Source of the DNA: Enoplolaimus lenunculus
Lineage: Eukaryota
Direction: 5' to 3'
DNA length: 64,000 nt
NCBI GenBank assembly: GCA_030248215.1
Contig: JASANG010004128.1
Span: 124,001-188,000 of the forward strand
A program made the translations under genes and the position numbers. The notes under the pieces are model-generated. The model searched no databases. It worked only from the letters and a program-made list of their open reading frames with translations, and was not told where the DNA came from. Every line of letters begins with the position of its first letter. Position 1 is the stretch's first letter. Shown piece after piece: positions 39,086-53,100 of the stretch.

Positions 39086-39641
39086 TGCCCCGCCGAGTTG
39101 ATCAAACTGCTTCAATCGCAGCATCAGCATGCCTCGATTCCTTTGTACAGTGCTTTCGGTCCAGCCGTAGAACTTATTAACGGAAACGGAAGCAGCAACG
39201 AATAGTGATCAAAATATACACGGAAACGGAAAACGGATAATGAAGTATAAGTTTCAAAAATGTGTTATTTTTCTGCCAACACAATTGAAGTGTGCGCATA
39301 TAATTCACCGGTCTTCCAAAAATTTTAAAGAAAAAAATGGTGGATATATACGTCGAAATTTTAAAGATTTTGCATAAATTTCGTAATTTTTATTTCATAT
39401 CGAGCAATTGAAACATATATTTGTAATGAAAAATTCCAAACATATACGCAAAGTTATAAACTAATTTTGACATAAAAATAACAAAATTACATATTTCTAT
39501 AATGGAATCGGAAACGGACACCGATTTGTTGTACTGGAAACGGATACTTACCTGGTTACGCCCTGGCAGAAATTGTGTGAACAAGTGCTTATTTGTCTGA
39601 TGCACTCACTGCAAAAGCAATTGTTGTGTGCTTTTTCTTTG

Positions 39642-39851
39642 CACTGCAAAAAATGGGGAGTCAAATTGACTCTCTCCGAAATAAGCTCTACGGGACTACA
39701 CAAACTGAGTCAAATTCGACTCCGCCAGAGTCAAACATGCGACTCAGTGAATCGAATTTGACTCTGCCGGAGTCGAATTTTGACTCAATTTGTGTAGTCC
39801 CGTAGAGTCTATTTCGGAGAGAGTCAATTTGACTCACTATTTTTTGCTGTG
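39642..39851. mobile_element. CACTG-ended palindromic MITE (CMC/EnSpm-like), 2-bp TSD TG
   Basis: TG|CACTGCAAAAAATGGGGAGTCAAATTGACTC ... GAGTCAATTTGACTCACTATTTTTTGCTGTG|TG; almost fully self-complementary. Confidence 0.85.
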
Positions 39852-41367
39852 TGAGAAGGAAGAAACTGGCTAAATATGTGGAAGCTACAACTACACTTGT
39901 TTCAGTAACGGGTCATCGCCTAAGAAATTGTAATTTTTGTATTCTAAACACTGTATCGCAACGGACAGCGTTCATCTAATCAGGTTAAAACATCCGAAAC
40001 CAAAAAATGACGCCATTCTTGATCCAAGCCACAATTTACATTCATCAGAAATCAAAAAACTAAATTCGAAATGTCAAAAAAACCATGAAACACGCAGAAA
40101 CTCTTAATTTTGTTTCAAATATTAAATGCTTCACATATAATGAACGCAAATCGAATGCCCGCAGACGGGCCCTAGCGCGCTCGCACTCGTTACATATATT
40201 TGATGCAGAATTTCTGTTCATCAGCTTAGGACTTCGACTTTGGTGCGTGCATACTGCATCGAGAGCTTTAAGAAGACATCCATTTCTTTAAAACATCTGA
40301 CGAATTGACCAGTATTAAACGATTGGTAATGGTTAGAATAAGCTGCTGAGACAAACGAAATCGCTCACCAGAAACGTAATAAGCTGTTGCATACACAATA
40401 TTTGAAAGCAAATGCAATTCCGCATCTGGTTTTGAGGATAAGTGGCGAGGCAGCTATGGTAAAAGATCGGTGTTAGCGCAATCAGCCTGACGCGGGGTGC
40501 GTTCCAGATGATCACGGCTCGCAAAGCGGACATGATTGATTCGGCGGCTGCCAACACTACGAGCGATGTCTGCGTCGTGCAGCCGGAATTTGTTGTTGTG
40601 GGGATGCGTCTGGCTGTTGAGAATGAGCATTGCGCAACTGATGAGCGTGGAATATGCGTTGCAACAGAGTTACATAGTTGATTGTTTGCCGTTGTCGTGG
40701 TTAAGCTTTATGTGCGGCGTGTTGTCCTTGGCGTTAAGTGTAGAGTAATACGCGTCTTGCTGCGAGGTCTTCAGAGCAGCACCAACAGCGAATGTTTACG
40801 TGGACTTTTGCGAGATTCACAGGAGCTTGTACTACCGGCTCCATTTATGTCACCGTTTGTGACTTCCGCGTGCCCTGCCGATGTATGCCGGTTGTATTAG
40901 ACGGAGGTAGGAGGAGACTTTGTTTCTGTGGTCGGGCAGAGTTCCTTGCTGATCCCACGATCCGAATTGGTGCGGTCCAGCTTTGCGTTGAATCCTGATA
41001 AATGCGGAAATTAAGGTGGTGGGAGACCCGGAGCAAATATGACTAGGAAGGAGGTCTGGGGCCCATATAACTACGAGGTCCGGGGCCCAGATGACTACGA
41101 GGCCCTTTTATTTAAACCATAATTATTTTATATATACACCAGAGCTTAAAAGTGATATTTTAATGAAACAGATAGTACCAAAAGTGCGAAACAAAATTTA
41201 CGGCCCATGGACTGTTTAAATTTGTACTTTGGGAATTCACTTACGATATCGCGGAAGTCTACAAATTTTCTGAAGTCCGAAAATGTACGGCGCGGGCCCC
41301 GTTTGGTTTCTTTTTCTTACTTTTTCAGCCACCCTATTTTCCACAAATTTCTTTCAACACACTGTTA

Positions 41368-41531
41368 GGTGGCACCGAATCCACGATTCCGGCGCTGTCC
41401 GTCACCGTACGGCACTGTAGCGAAAAGAACATGAATTTCTACATAGCGTAGCATAACAATTCATTAACAAAATTTTTAACTTGCGGTGCCGTACGACGTC
41501 GGACGTCGTCGCACGACAAGTTAGCGCCACC
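41368..41531. mobile_element. Small TIR element (GGTGGC.. / ..GCCACC)
   Basis: Inverted ends plus internal inverted CGTACGGCAC/GTGCCGTACG; TTA-like flanks. Confidence 0.5.
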
Positions 41532-41983
41532 CTTATCTATTACAAAATTGAAATTTTCCTCTCGCTAGAGAATTTTTATGTGCTAACTGTTAACATGTAT
41601 GCTAGCTTATAGTCGTTCCGTTTACACAATAAACTTCTATCGTTTGATGGAAAAAACCTTCTTACTAGTCTTGGTTCTTTTTTTAAGCAGTAGTAAATTA
41701 GGTGCGTTAAAACCAGTCATCCAACGCAAAAATAACGCCATTCAACTCAGCGCGCCGTTTTTACACAGTATTAATATACATGAAAAAATAGATTTGTGAA
41801 CTGTTGAAGATACATTTTTGGTTCCGCAGTAGTGCATCACGAAAGTAAAAGTATATATTATTTGTCTTAAAAAATTAAAATTTAATTGAAATCATTAGGG
41901 AACGTTATGAAGAGCCAAATTGGCATTATGTTCTGATATATTATGACTAGAGCGGGTCTTGAAGATTTGGACCAATACTTCTA

Positions 41984-42180
41984 CACTGCAAAAAACGGTG
42001 AGTCAAATTGACTCCCTCTGAAATAGGCTCTACGGGACTACACAACTTGAGTCAAATTAGACAAATTCGACTCACTTAGTCGCACGTTTGACTCTGGCGG
42101 AGTCGAATTTGACTCTGTTTGTGTAGTCCCGTAGGGCCTATTTCGGAGGGAGTCAATTTGACTCACCATTTTTTGCCGTG
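41984..42180. mobile_element. CACTG-ended palindromic MITE (CMC/EnSpm-like), 2-bp TSD TA
   Basis: TA|CACTGCAAAAAACGGTGAGTCAAATTGACTC ... GAGTCAATTTGACTCACCATTTTTTGCCGTG|TA. Confidence 0.85.
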
Positions 42181-42915
42181 TAGAAATTGGTCAATGTAAA
42201 AAATATTCCCAAGCCTAAGCGTAAGCGCACGAATGACCATATTTCTAAGCCTTAGGTCAAGCAAAAAATTAGTCTAAACCTTACTCTTTGAGTTTAAAGT
42301 CTAAAACAAAGCTTAAGCCTAACCCCAAGCAAAAAAATTGCGTAAAATTTAAGCCTCTCTATTGCGGTGTAGGGACAAAGCGGACACTAGCGGTTGCATC
42401 GAGACGACGGGCGTACGATCGACCCATCAGAAAAAGGACCCTCCATACAATTTTCCCTTCAGAAAACTTTGGTGAAAAATTTTGTTCGCACTTTTACCAG
42501 CTCGCCCCGTCACAAATTTCTGGAGATGCCGACGAATGAGGGGCAAAGCTAAAAGTAACATGGGCTGAGGTTTGTGCGATTTGGCGCAAAGCATGTTTCA
42601 ATGTGATTCATTCCTCTTGAAACATAGAACGACTTTTATGTATATGTAGTTCGAGAGAAAGGCGCCTTTCGATAGAATGTATCACCAGAGACAAACCAAA
42701 TCAACTCAATTTCAGGTATCCAACGCAAGTATTTATTAGTACATAGCATTCTTTTAAACCAAATAGCAAACACTATTGAAGCAGTTGTATAATAAATTAC
42801 TATTTTTTGAATTGTATGTTTTACGCTCAACAATCATCTGGTTGGTCAGGGTACTTAGAAATAACCATTCTTTAATAGCTGATACAATTTTTAAGCCAAA
42901 TAATCAACCCTCTCA

Positions 42916-43327
42916 AGCGTCAAGCTCCTATAGCTCACTGGTCATCGTAAACGCCTCCCACCTGTGAGACTGGGGTTCGAATCTTACCTTGAAATTACGT
43001 CTTATTTGAAATTGAACAGATTCATGTGAGAAAGGGTTAATGGAAAAATTTTCAGTAAGTATCTATAACCCTCTCACTCATAGAGTATACTATGAGCAAC
43101 TAAATACAATAATATACGAGCAATACAGACACTGGAGCAGTGTTTAACAATTGTAACATATATGCGCATAGCAAAATCTCCACAAGACGTGAGAGCCCCC
43201 TCGGGCTCGAGCGTCAAGCTCCTATAGTTCAGTGGTCATCGTAAACGCCTGCCACCCGTGAGTTCGAATCATACCTTGAAATTACGTCTCATTTGAAATT
43301 TAAAACATTCATGTGAGAAAGGGTTAA
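42916..43327 (+). mobile_element. Two direct copies (42916-43040, 43210-43327) of a tRNA-related SINE-like head
   Basis: AGCGTCAAGCTCCTATAGYTCASTGGTCATCGTAAACGCCT..GTTCGAATC..ACCTTGAAATTACGTC..CATGTGAGAAAGGGTTAA occurs twice; A-box and B-box-like motifs present. Confidence 0.6.
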
Positions 43328-44122
43328 ACTTCTGAATAAATTTTTAGATAAATTGCCCGGTAATATGAATCTAATCGTATTAAAATATGTTCATGTTCAA
43401 ATCTAATACGTTGGTCGATATGTTCTCAAGTGTTATGAAAGCCACTCGGGGACGACGAGGTGTTATTTTAGATGGAATGTAACAATGTTTCGAATAATTG
43501 CGACGGTTCCCATAACATCAAATTCCATCCGATCTTATGCACTAAATATTTTAAAGCTTTGTCGTGTTGGAAGATATTAATATATTTTCAATATACTATT
43601 TCCGGTCACACTGAATAATTAATTCGTGAAATATCGACTAACTCTTTTTCGCATACATACTTTTACAGATTTTGTAAGTAATCACATAATAAAACGTGCA
43701 ATTCTATCATTTCGCGCATACTGTTAAAAAGGTCCAAAATAAATATACAATGAAAGTTTCAATGTTGCAAAATAAAATATGTACGCAAGAACACAGCAAA
43801 ATACCAGTTTAGCTATATACTTCTGCAATCGAAATGCCGCGGTGCAAACTAAATCACAAGCGCCTTTTGCACGATTTTGTATAAAAAGTTCACATGAAAA
43901 AAATTCTCGGGAAACCTTTTGCCGCGACCAGTTTATTTACACTTTTCCTAGTATATAACCGCAAAAAGTTCGAAAAGTTTTGGTATTTACAAAGAAGTAC
44001 GTACCGCCTAGAGGGTACACCAAACAGTTTTCTTGTTCTATGGTTTAACATGTAAAACATACAAAAATCCACGTATCAAACAATCGCTCGTAACATTTTG
44101 AAATCGATCAGCGTTCTCTTTT

Positions 44123-47100
44123 TCAATCAAATGATATCAGTGGACCTACGGATGACACACTCTGCTGCTGATGCACTACTGCCGGTTGTGATTGTTGTTG
44201 CTCTTGCTGTTGATATACTGGAGTTTCTGCCATTTGTTGTTGCTGCTGCAACTGTTGTTGTTGATTCACAACCGCTGCTCCGGTAGTCACATATACCTGG
44301 GGGATGTTTTGAATTCCAGAAACTGGTGTCGTCGGCGATGCATCTGCCATTGCGGTCAACTGATCAGGAGTGCCTGTGTTTGGCACGCCACCAACAGAAG
44401 AAATATTAGTTACCTGGTGCGGCGGCCCCCGTTGTTGGTTATACATCTCAGAATATACATTGGAAGACGGCTGCAGTAACGTGACGCCCCCACTCGTCTG
44501 AGTTTGTTGAACAGAATATGGAGTCATAGAGTACGCAGTGTGAGACACCGTATTTGCCATTAGCGAGTTTTGTTGATGTTGATGGTGCTGTTGTTGTTGA
44601 ACTAAAATAAAACATTGCATAGCTTTCTCATTATGTGAAATAACAACAAAATGTGAATATTCCGAGAAAAAATAGTGAATATTCAGAGAAAAAATAGCGT
44701 CAAAGTTCAATGTACGATAATACAAACAATGACAACTTTTATGGTTGAATTTACAAAAAAGAGTCAGAAAAGGGATATTCCACTTATACCTGACTAGAAA
44801 TTCGAAGGGTACATAAAAAGAAGCTTTTCAAATGAGGCTGCGCTACGAGCTCTTATCAAATTGTGCATCTATGAGCTCATGAGAAGTATCGATAATGCAA
44901 TAACTCCAGATGACGCGCAACACCATCCATCAAAGCGTGACACAAGTTTAACCTGTTTTTGTTTCAAAATGTTATAAAATTTAAAAACACTGACAAAGCA
45001 ACACATAAATTAATAAAATTCAACTAAAAATTAAACCAACATGTTCTCACCTGGTGACATCGATGACTGAGTCTGAGAAATACCGCTGAATGGTTGCTGA
45101 TTAATCTGTGGTAGAGCCGTTGCCACATTTTGCATGTTGTACGAACTTCCAAACTGCTGATTGACAACTTGTCCAGATAATGAGTTTTGCAATTGCTGCT
45201 GTAGAAGTTGTTGTTGTTGTTGTTTTTGTTGTTGAAACGACTGTACATCTGAAGAGTTAATTGGAACGCTCATAAATTGTTCACATAAGTTTGACAGCAA
45301 TGCCAAGATAACTACATAATAGAACACCATTTTAGTATATAATGCATTTCTAGATTTTCGATTGAACTCTGAAAATGGTAAATTATACTAACTCCGCAAT
45401 AGCAAAACAAAATAATGATAAAGTTATACTATTCAGTAAACTTAAACGAACAAAAATGCGCAATAATAAAATGAACGCGGAACCCAGTTCTCAGAAAATT
45501 ATTTCTTATCAATATTAATATAACATAGGGTTATAAAAATGTTATAGACCCAAAGATTCGATTAATATTTCGTGCACTAAAGAGAAATAATAAAAATGGG
45601 CATTAAACGGGGTATAAAAGCATGACGTACCGTTTATCTGAGCTTGTGAGACAGTACCATATCCGTAAGCAGAACCGCTAGACGCACCGCTGCCATAAAC
45701 TACAGAAGCAATCTGTTGTTGTTGTTGTTGTTGTTGCTGCTGCTGCTGTTGCTTGCGCATGATCAGATCCTGTTCTTGCTGCTGCATTCGTTGAATTGCG
45801 TAAAGCCGCTGATGTTCAAAATATTCCTGCAAAGCAAAAAATAAGCTTTCTGTATCAGGGAACTAACAGATTATCTACAACTTCTGTCGAATTAAGCTTT
45901 ACGTACCGTTTCGCGATAGAACATCACATTCCTTCAGAATGTTGCGATTCTATCTTAAAGTTTACATTTTAAAACAAAGTGAATTTGCTAACACATGAAA
46001 TACAACAATATTTTGTAATACTGAAAAACTTGATTTTCAAAATTCGCAGCAGTTTTTCAAACAGTAACAAAACGTGCTTAAAAATTTATATTTTCCCATT
46101 GGAGATCAGACCAAAATTTTTTGAGAATAAATACACTAATTAGTTGTACAAGCACATACATGTTTCTTTAAACGCATAACCTCTAGCTTCTGCATCATCT
46201 GCATTTGGCGAATACGCTGTTGTTCGATACGTTCCTAAAATTTTGCAAAGATACACTAAGCTAGCATAAATAATATAATAAATACACCATAAGAGCTTGT
46301 TTGAAATGGTAAAATGTCATCAGAACAGCTTATTTCAAACCCCGAGGCTACCATGTTCATAAGTATCCTGGAAACACTTTCAGCGACTTTTTTAACTGTG
46401 ATGTACGTTAAATAGTCACAAAAGCTCATTAGGATAAGCTGTCAAGAGAATTAAATCTACAACATGTACCTGCTCTTTTTGAATACGATGTTCTTCTCTT
46501 AAAGCGTCCACCGCTTCACGTGCATCACGAATTTGAGTCAACTTATCTTGCAAACTTTCAACGTAGCCTGAATACATACAAAAAAGCATCAGCGTGTTTG
46601 ACACAAGCTAAATACTTGCCGCAACTCTCCGGAGATTCAAACTTGTCACCACCACATAACTACTCCGGAAGCAAAACAAGGGACGTCCAGAAGTAGTCTT
46701 TCGCGTCTTATAAGCTACCCAGTTCTTTTGTAATTTATAGATCTATTATAATGAAAAATTTCGGACCAAGTGCGAAATTTTTTCAAATTTTCTCTGTCAA
46801 GGAGCGGAGAAACTCAGCCTTTTTGCCAAGTTTAAGGACGATTTTCCAGCTTGACGACATTTGAGGTGGCCACCACCATGTACCTCGTTTATCATCAAGT
46901 GCATGAAGGTGACCGAGCAATTCTGAATGTTGTGCAGTAAGTGTCATAAATAAATCTTGACAAGAGGAATCATCCAAAACTGAGCGTCGTCGTGCTTGAT
47001 TTGAACGAATTCTACAAAATTACAAATTACACTGTGACATAAGACTTAATGTTTTTATGTAAAGCAGGAAACACTGTCGCCATAAACACATGTAACGCAA

Positions 47101-50100
47101 AACCTTTAACCACTAAAGAAGCAGTCGAATACCATCAACTAAAACAAAACAAACATTGACATAAACTGAGATATATCGGCAAGCAATAGACATATTTCAG
47201 TGGTAATGTTTATGCTGCGTCTCATAACATACACTTGTTACACATACAACCTAAAATGTGTATTCATATTAGTTTGCCACGAAACCGTAAATATCGGGTT
47301 CCTACATATTTAAATGTCGGAACAGTATGGACTGAGTTTATGCAATTTTTAAAAATGTTATTTTCAAATGCTTCAATAGGTTTGTCAATCTTCGGTGCAC
47401 CTGATGTAAACATATTTATCGCCCTTTGTTATGTCGCAACTCTTGCTTTTAATTATTATGAACCATTGTGATAAGCATGAATCCACCTCGAATACTACCC
47501 CCACCCCGGGAATTTCGCACTACTGGCCAACAAACTTTTTATGTGGCCCCCTCGAAATTGTTTACACCACCAAAAATCTTCCTACGCGGACTCGCTTAAC
47601 CCTTTTCCCTGAATCAAAATCCTGCGTACGCGCTTGCACTAAACAGTATAGAAATAGAGCACAACAACAGTGTAAACCAAAAAAGACAAGTTCTCTAACC
47701 TGTTTAAGAACACTTCAACGTTTGATTTAAGCGCATTTACAAATTCATTTAGGTCATCAACTTCACCGTTCTGCAGCGCCTGCAACGGTTAAACTATATC
47801 AGGATTGTTCTACTGCACAACAACCGTTGTGGGAAATCAAAAAAATTCCGATTCAGTTTCGAGGCAAAGGCATAAATTCTCTGCCTGATTAAACAGCAAG
47901 CCAATGCTATCCCAACATTATTATGTAAATGGTTCTACATGGGTCACCAGAGCCACAACGTTTCTGTTACATAATACAGTCTACCCATTACGCCTCATTG
48001 CTTCCACATTTCAGGTTAAGTCACAGTTTAGATATAGGTAAGCCCTTCACTGGACCTCAGTCTTAACCTAATATATATTACAAACTTTATTTTGTACAAA
48101 ATGGAAAGAACATATTTTTGACATATAACAAACCTCATTCTCTACAAAACGGCCTTCAATTCCATTTACAACTGTATCAGATTCAGTATTTGTTGACTCT
48201 GTGAAGTGCGGATTCGACTCAACAATAGGAGCAGAAGGTGTCGGTGATGTCCTTAAAATACCAACGGGTTTATCGATTTGCTTCTTGTCATTTGCACCGC
48301 CGTCTTTCTTCCGTTTTTCCCAGTAATCTCTGTTCAAATATCGTGCAAGTTCACTGTCGCTCTCACCTGCACTACTAACCGCGCTAATATTTTTTGATTG
48401 ACTCGCAGAATTACCGGCATCCTAAAATAATATACTTCGCCTCAGCTCATATCATGCCAAACAAATTGTGTTATACAGTTGGCCTATATAATTAACTTTA
48501 AAATAAGCTAATGTCTAAATTTGAAATACTACACACTACTAACAGTTCAGCAACAATGGTTGGAGTAAAACATTGAAACTACGCCTAACTGCTGTAATAA
48601 AACCACTGTTTTGCGTTAAACGTAAACATAGCTTAGGAATATAAACCATCAAGGTTAAACGGTAAATAAAATAATGTAAACGGATAGCGATCAAAATACG
48701 GAAAAGGAGAACGGATATTGAAGCATATATGTTTCAAAGATGTTTTATTTTTCTGCCAACACAATAAAGGCATGCAAATATTCACTTGACTTTCTCAAAA
48801 TTTTGAAAAAAGATACCGGAGCATCGACATTTTTAAGATTTTAAATGAATTTTGTAATTTTTACTTCATATCGAACAATTTGGCAGCTTATTTGTAATGA
48901 AAAACTGCGAGTTACATACGTAATTTTAACTGAATTTGAGAACAAAATTAACCTAATTTGCTGCATTTATATAACGGAAACGGACACCGGCTTTTACAGG
49001 AAACGGAAATCTGTTTACACCCTGTACGCCATGCTTTATCCAGCGTTAAGTAGTATAACGTTCCGTTATCAGTGTGCCAAACTAAACAGAGAAATAATTT
49101 ATAAGTTTACGTTTTGATATTTTGAATTCTCCCACAGAACGAATGATTACCACAGCACCCCACAACATAACTCTCAAGGAACCCTTTAATAGTATAAACC
49201 ACTTTTGCAGTTACCTAGCTGAGTCGATGTATATTGTTGTATTTTAAACATCAGGGTGCGACCGGATATCCGGCTACGGCCAAAAACGGCCATTCGCCTC
49301 TGGTATCTTAATTTGCCGGATTTTTTTAATTTTAAAAAGATTAAAACCATCATTTGTATTTATGCCAACTACCATGGAACTGACTGACTTAACTTTTACA
49401 TAATTTTTTCTCCTGTGTCCGTTTACATTCACAATCTTTATTTGGTTACAATAACGCTGGGAAACCTGATAAAGATAACCATGCTTTTAGGGACGTAACA
49501 GTATATATCTCGGCATATTCCTATTCATAACACTAAACTTAAACTTCAGCGCAAAAATAAATCTTTAACTAAGTCTAAGCGAAAAAATAGCCTAAATACT
49601 AGCCACCTCTGTTTTATAGCACAAACAAAAAACGGGATGTCCTTAAAAGTAACCTGGGCTAAACAATATTAAAACTGAACGCAAAGCTACATAAACATAG
49701 AATACTGAAATAGGGTCGTTGCTAAAGTGTTAAAAATGCATCGGCGTGAGATATAAGTTTTGTCCCGTAAACACCTTGGTTACCTTAGGCCACGAAAGAA
49801 AGAATTGTTAGCTACGTTCTGTTATTTGAACGCAATCTAGTATCATATTTGAATTCATTATCCGGCTCTGGCAGGATATTAGATTACCCGGCTTCGACAG
49901 TTTTTGGTATCCGGTCGCACCCTGAAGAAGAAAGTCACCTATATCCTACCATTGCGCCCTTGTAAAAGTTCGTAGGTTCAAATTTGTACGGTGTGTTCAA
50001 ATCGAACCCGCAACTTGTAGCTGATGCAGTGCCATTGTATGAACGCTAAAACATGTGATTAACATCCTTTATATTTGGTGAATAATCACAAATTAGATAA

Positions 50101-53100
50101 GAGTATGACACACGATACATTCTACGTAAATAAGAATAATCCAAACGCTGGTTCCATTATTGGCCTTCCACATGCTGATAGTTTGAAGCTATTACAAACC
50201 ATAATGAAAACATTGTACAACACACTTTCAAAATTACTGGAGCAAAAAATCTGCCTGCACTTGTATATTTCAATTATGGAACTATAATTAATCTTTTGCC
50301 TACTGCTTTTGCCCGTTGTTGCTCATTCGCCTCAGCCTCGCTTTGAGACAATGCCATTGCCAACTGCAGTTCTTCCTCTTCACGTTCTCGCATTTCTTGT
50401 TCTTTTCTCTTTGCTTCGGCTTTGCTTCGCTGTTGTTCGGCCGCAACATTACTATCACTAGGCAGACCCTAAAAATGCGCGCGGTACAGGGTTGAAAAAA
50501 CATCCGTTGTGTTGTAAGCACGTGTTTCTACCTCGTACAAACGTTTCATGATCTTGACGCCGGTTATTGGCTATCGAAGTTAAACGTAGTTTTGCCCTAC
50601 TTTGCAATTCCGATACTCACGGTCACGGCACCATATGACTACGGTTCCAGCATGGTTTTAGATCAGACAAGCTTCAGCTGCGTTTGAAAAGATTTTTCAC
50701 ATATCAGGATGGGATTCATTACTCATATAGTACTGTGCGTTCGCAAAATCTCTAACGTTTTATGTAATTTTGTATTTTTCCACAAAATGATTAAAACAAA
50801 ACAACTTTGTGACATACCTCAGATGACTTGTCTGATTTTTTATCATCTGTTTTTTCGCGCCTAAAACGTGTGATGACATAGAAACCGTTTGATGATTACT
50901 TATAATAATACACTGCGGAAAGAGGTGTTGGGACTGGGTCCCCGGTACCGAGCGTCAGAGGTGCACGGATGAGGCTATACTGTACCATGGACGGAACCAG
51001 AAAGACATTTGCCTATTTGGTCGAAGAAGCGAAATGGGAACAACAAGTTTTAAATACTGGAATGAGTACTGAAAAGTTCGCGTCAAACCATGGGAGTATA
51101 AGCAAAATGTCACATGACGGAATACGATAAAACGGTACCGTACTTCACGGTACATGCTTACGTAAAAGGTACAAAAATTAAAAGTTTTGTGTATTTTGCT
51201 GGCACCGGCTCCGGTGGTCCTGGGATATGACTAATAGAAACTTTATGAGCGTCAGATAGCATGCACAAACCATTGTTTGGGTGATGCAAAAAATTTGTCC
51301 ACGTATAATCACATTTAAGTGTTAAACTAAGTTCACAATAGCTTTAATATACGTAATTATTTCAATAGCGCAATACTTACCTGTTACGTAATGTGTCGTA
51401 ACACGTTTCACACACGCGGACTTCCTTTTCAATTCCATATTTTGGAATGATTGAAGTACGACTTGAACAACGATCACAAAAAATTTGACCACAATTACGA
51501 CAATGGTGCTGTGAACCAATACAAAATAATATGCAAAAAAACGTGGTTACATGTTGTACGTATTTGAATTACTACAGCTAATTTGCAATACAAAAAAGCT
51601 GCACACTGCGTACTATTATTTCTGTGATATACTTCATTCTGCTGCTGCAATCAGGAGTCTCTGGATTAAAACTGGAGGAAGAAAATCGCGGAATCAGAAG
51701 AACTAACCGGTGGGGACGCACCGTCAACCTTTGCAGAAGTAAGTCAGTCGCTAACCGGAGTGTGAACCCGCCGACAGTCGGTGCGGCCAGCTAGGCCCGT
51801 TCATGCTCTCTCTAGTATAATAATTGTTATAAAACTAGCCTGTAAAATAACGTATTAGGTGCATCTACGCAAAAACAGTTGCTCGCTAATTTTTGCCTAC
51901 TAAAAATATTTGACAAACGGTATTAATTTTAAAAATTTGCTTCATGACATAGGAATTTGGACAATCTATGTTTATTACTTTTCGAGTTATAAGACCAAAA
52001 GCAACTTGACATCGATAACAGTTTTCAGAGTTGACCCAATCAGGCGCTGACTCCGCATCAAACATGGCTTCTGACTCACGGAGCTGTGGAAAATTGTAAC
52101 CTTAAATTAAATAACTTGCTCGCAAAGGTTTAGCATTTAATTTGCACTACGTCCGTGAGTCTGTGGCAGATAAAGCAAAAATACGCGTTTCAAGGTTCCG
52201 GATACATCAGAGTCGTCGCTCAAAACTTAGCTTGCAAACCATAATCGTTCCAAGTTGCAAATTCAATTTTATGGCAATTGTGTTCGTATTTAATACTTCC
52301 TTTGCTATCACTACAGCTGAAATATTTTACCATCTTACCTTCCATCTTCATCAGCTGGACCGTATCGCTCACTATTTTTAGCTCCGGTTTGCCTTTGAAG
52401 GCATGCGACCAACATTGCAATAATTCCAGAATCTTTTCTTTAACTTTTTCATTGCTGCTCTATGATTTAAAGCAAAATATTGGTCAAGGACAAAAGTAGT
52501 AATAAAAAATGCCTCGGGAGTGGTTTTCCATTTCCAATCGTAAAAACCTGTAGTTAATAGTGTTTAAACGCTACTATGAGAATAACTTAAGGTAAGAAAC
52601 AAACAGCACGGGCATTACTTGCACCAATTGATGACTAGCCATAAATTTTCAAGCTCTGCTAACACCACAGAACTCACAGTCGCAAGATGTTTTAAGTCTT
52701 CCATAAACTCTTTAGTCGCAATTTCGATATGTACTTTATTCCCACCATTTTTCACCAAAGCTTCTAGCACCTGTAATTATTGAAAAGACCAAGCTTAGTA
52801 AAATTATTCAGGGTTTGTCAATATTCAAGGGTTTGCGATGCCACATAATTATACAACAGAGTTTGTTCTTAGAAATTTAGTGAAGTGCAAAAACTGTTGA
52901 CAAATTTCGTGAGGTGTAGAAGAAATATCAGTGTGCCAATGTTTGTGGAAAATGCAAAAATATGTTAGTGTACAAAAATACGTGGAATCTGTATCTTTCG
53001 CATTGATTTGCTGAAAAAACAATTAAGCTTAGGCTTTTATAAGCTGTTTTATTAACGCATTGCATTTGACAAGTGTAACGTAGTATATCAAGGGTGTCGC

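Noticed and set aside
39544..39555. ATACTTACCTGG, identical to the U1 snRNA 5' end
   Set aside because: No U1 stem-loops or Sm site follow; it lies in the right terminus of a hAT MITE, so it is a chance match.
44098..44479. Hydrophobic plus-strand ORFs (poly-L/V)
   Set aside because: Antisense shadows of the Q-rich last exon of HGS.
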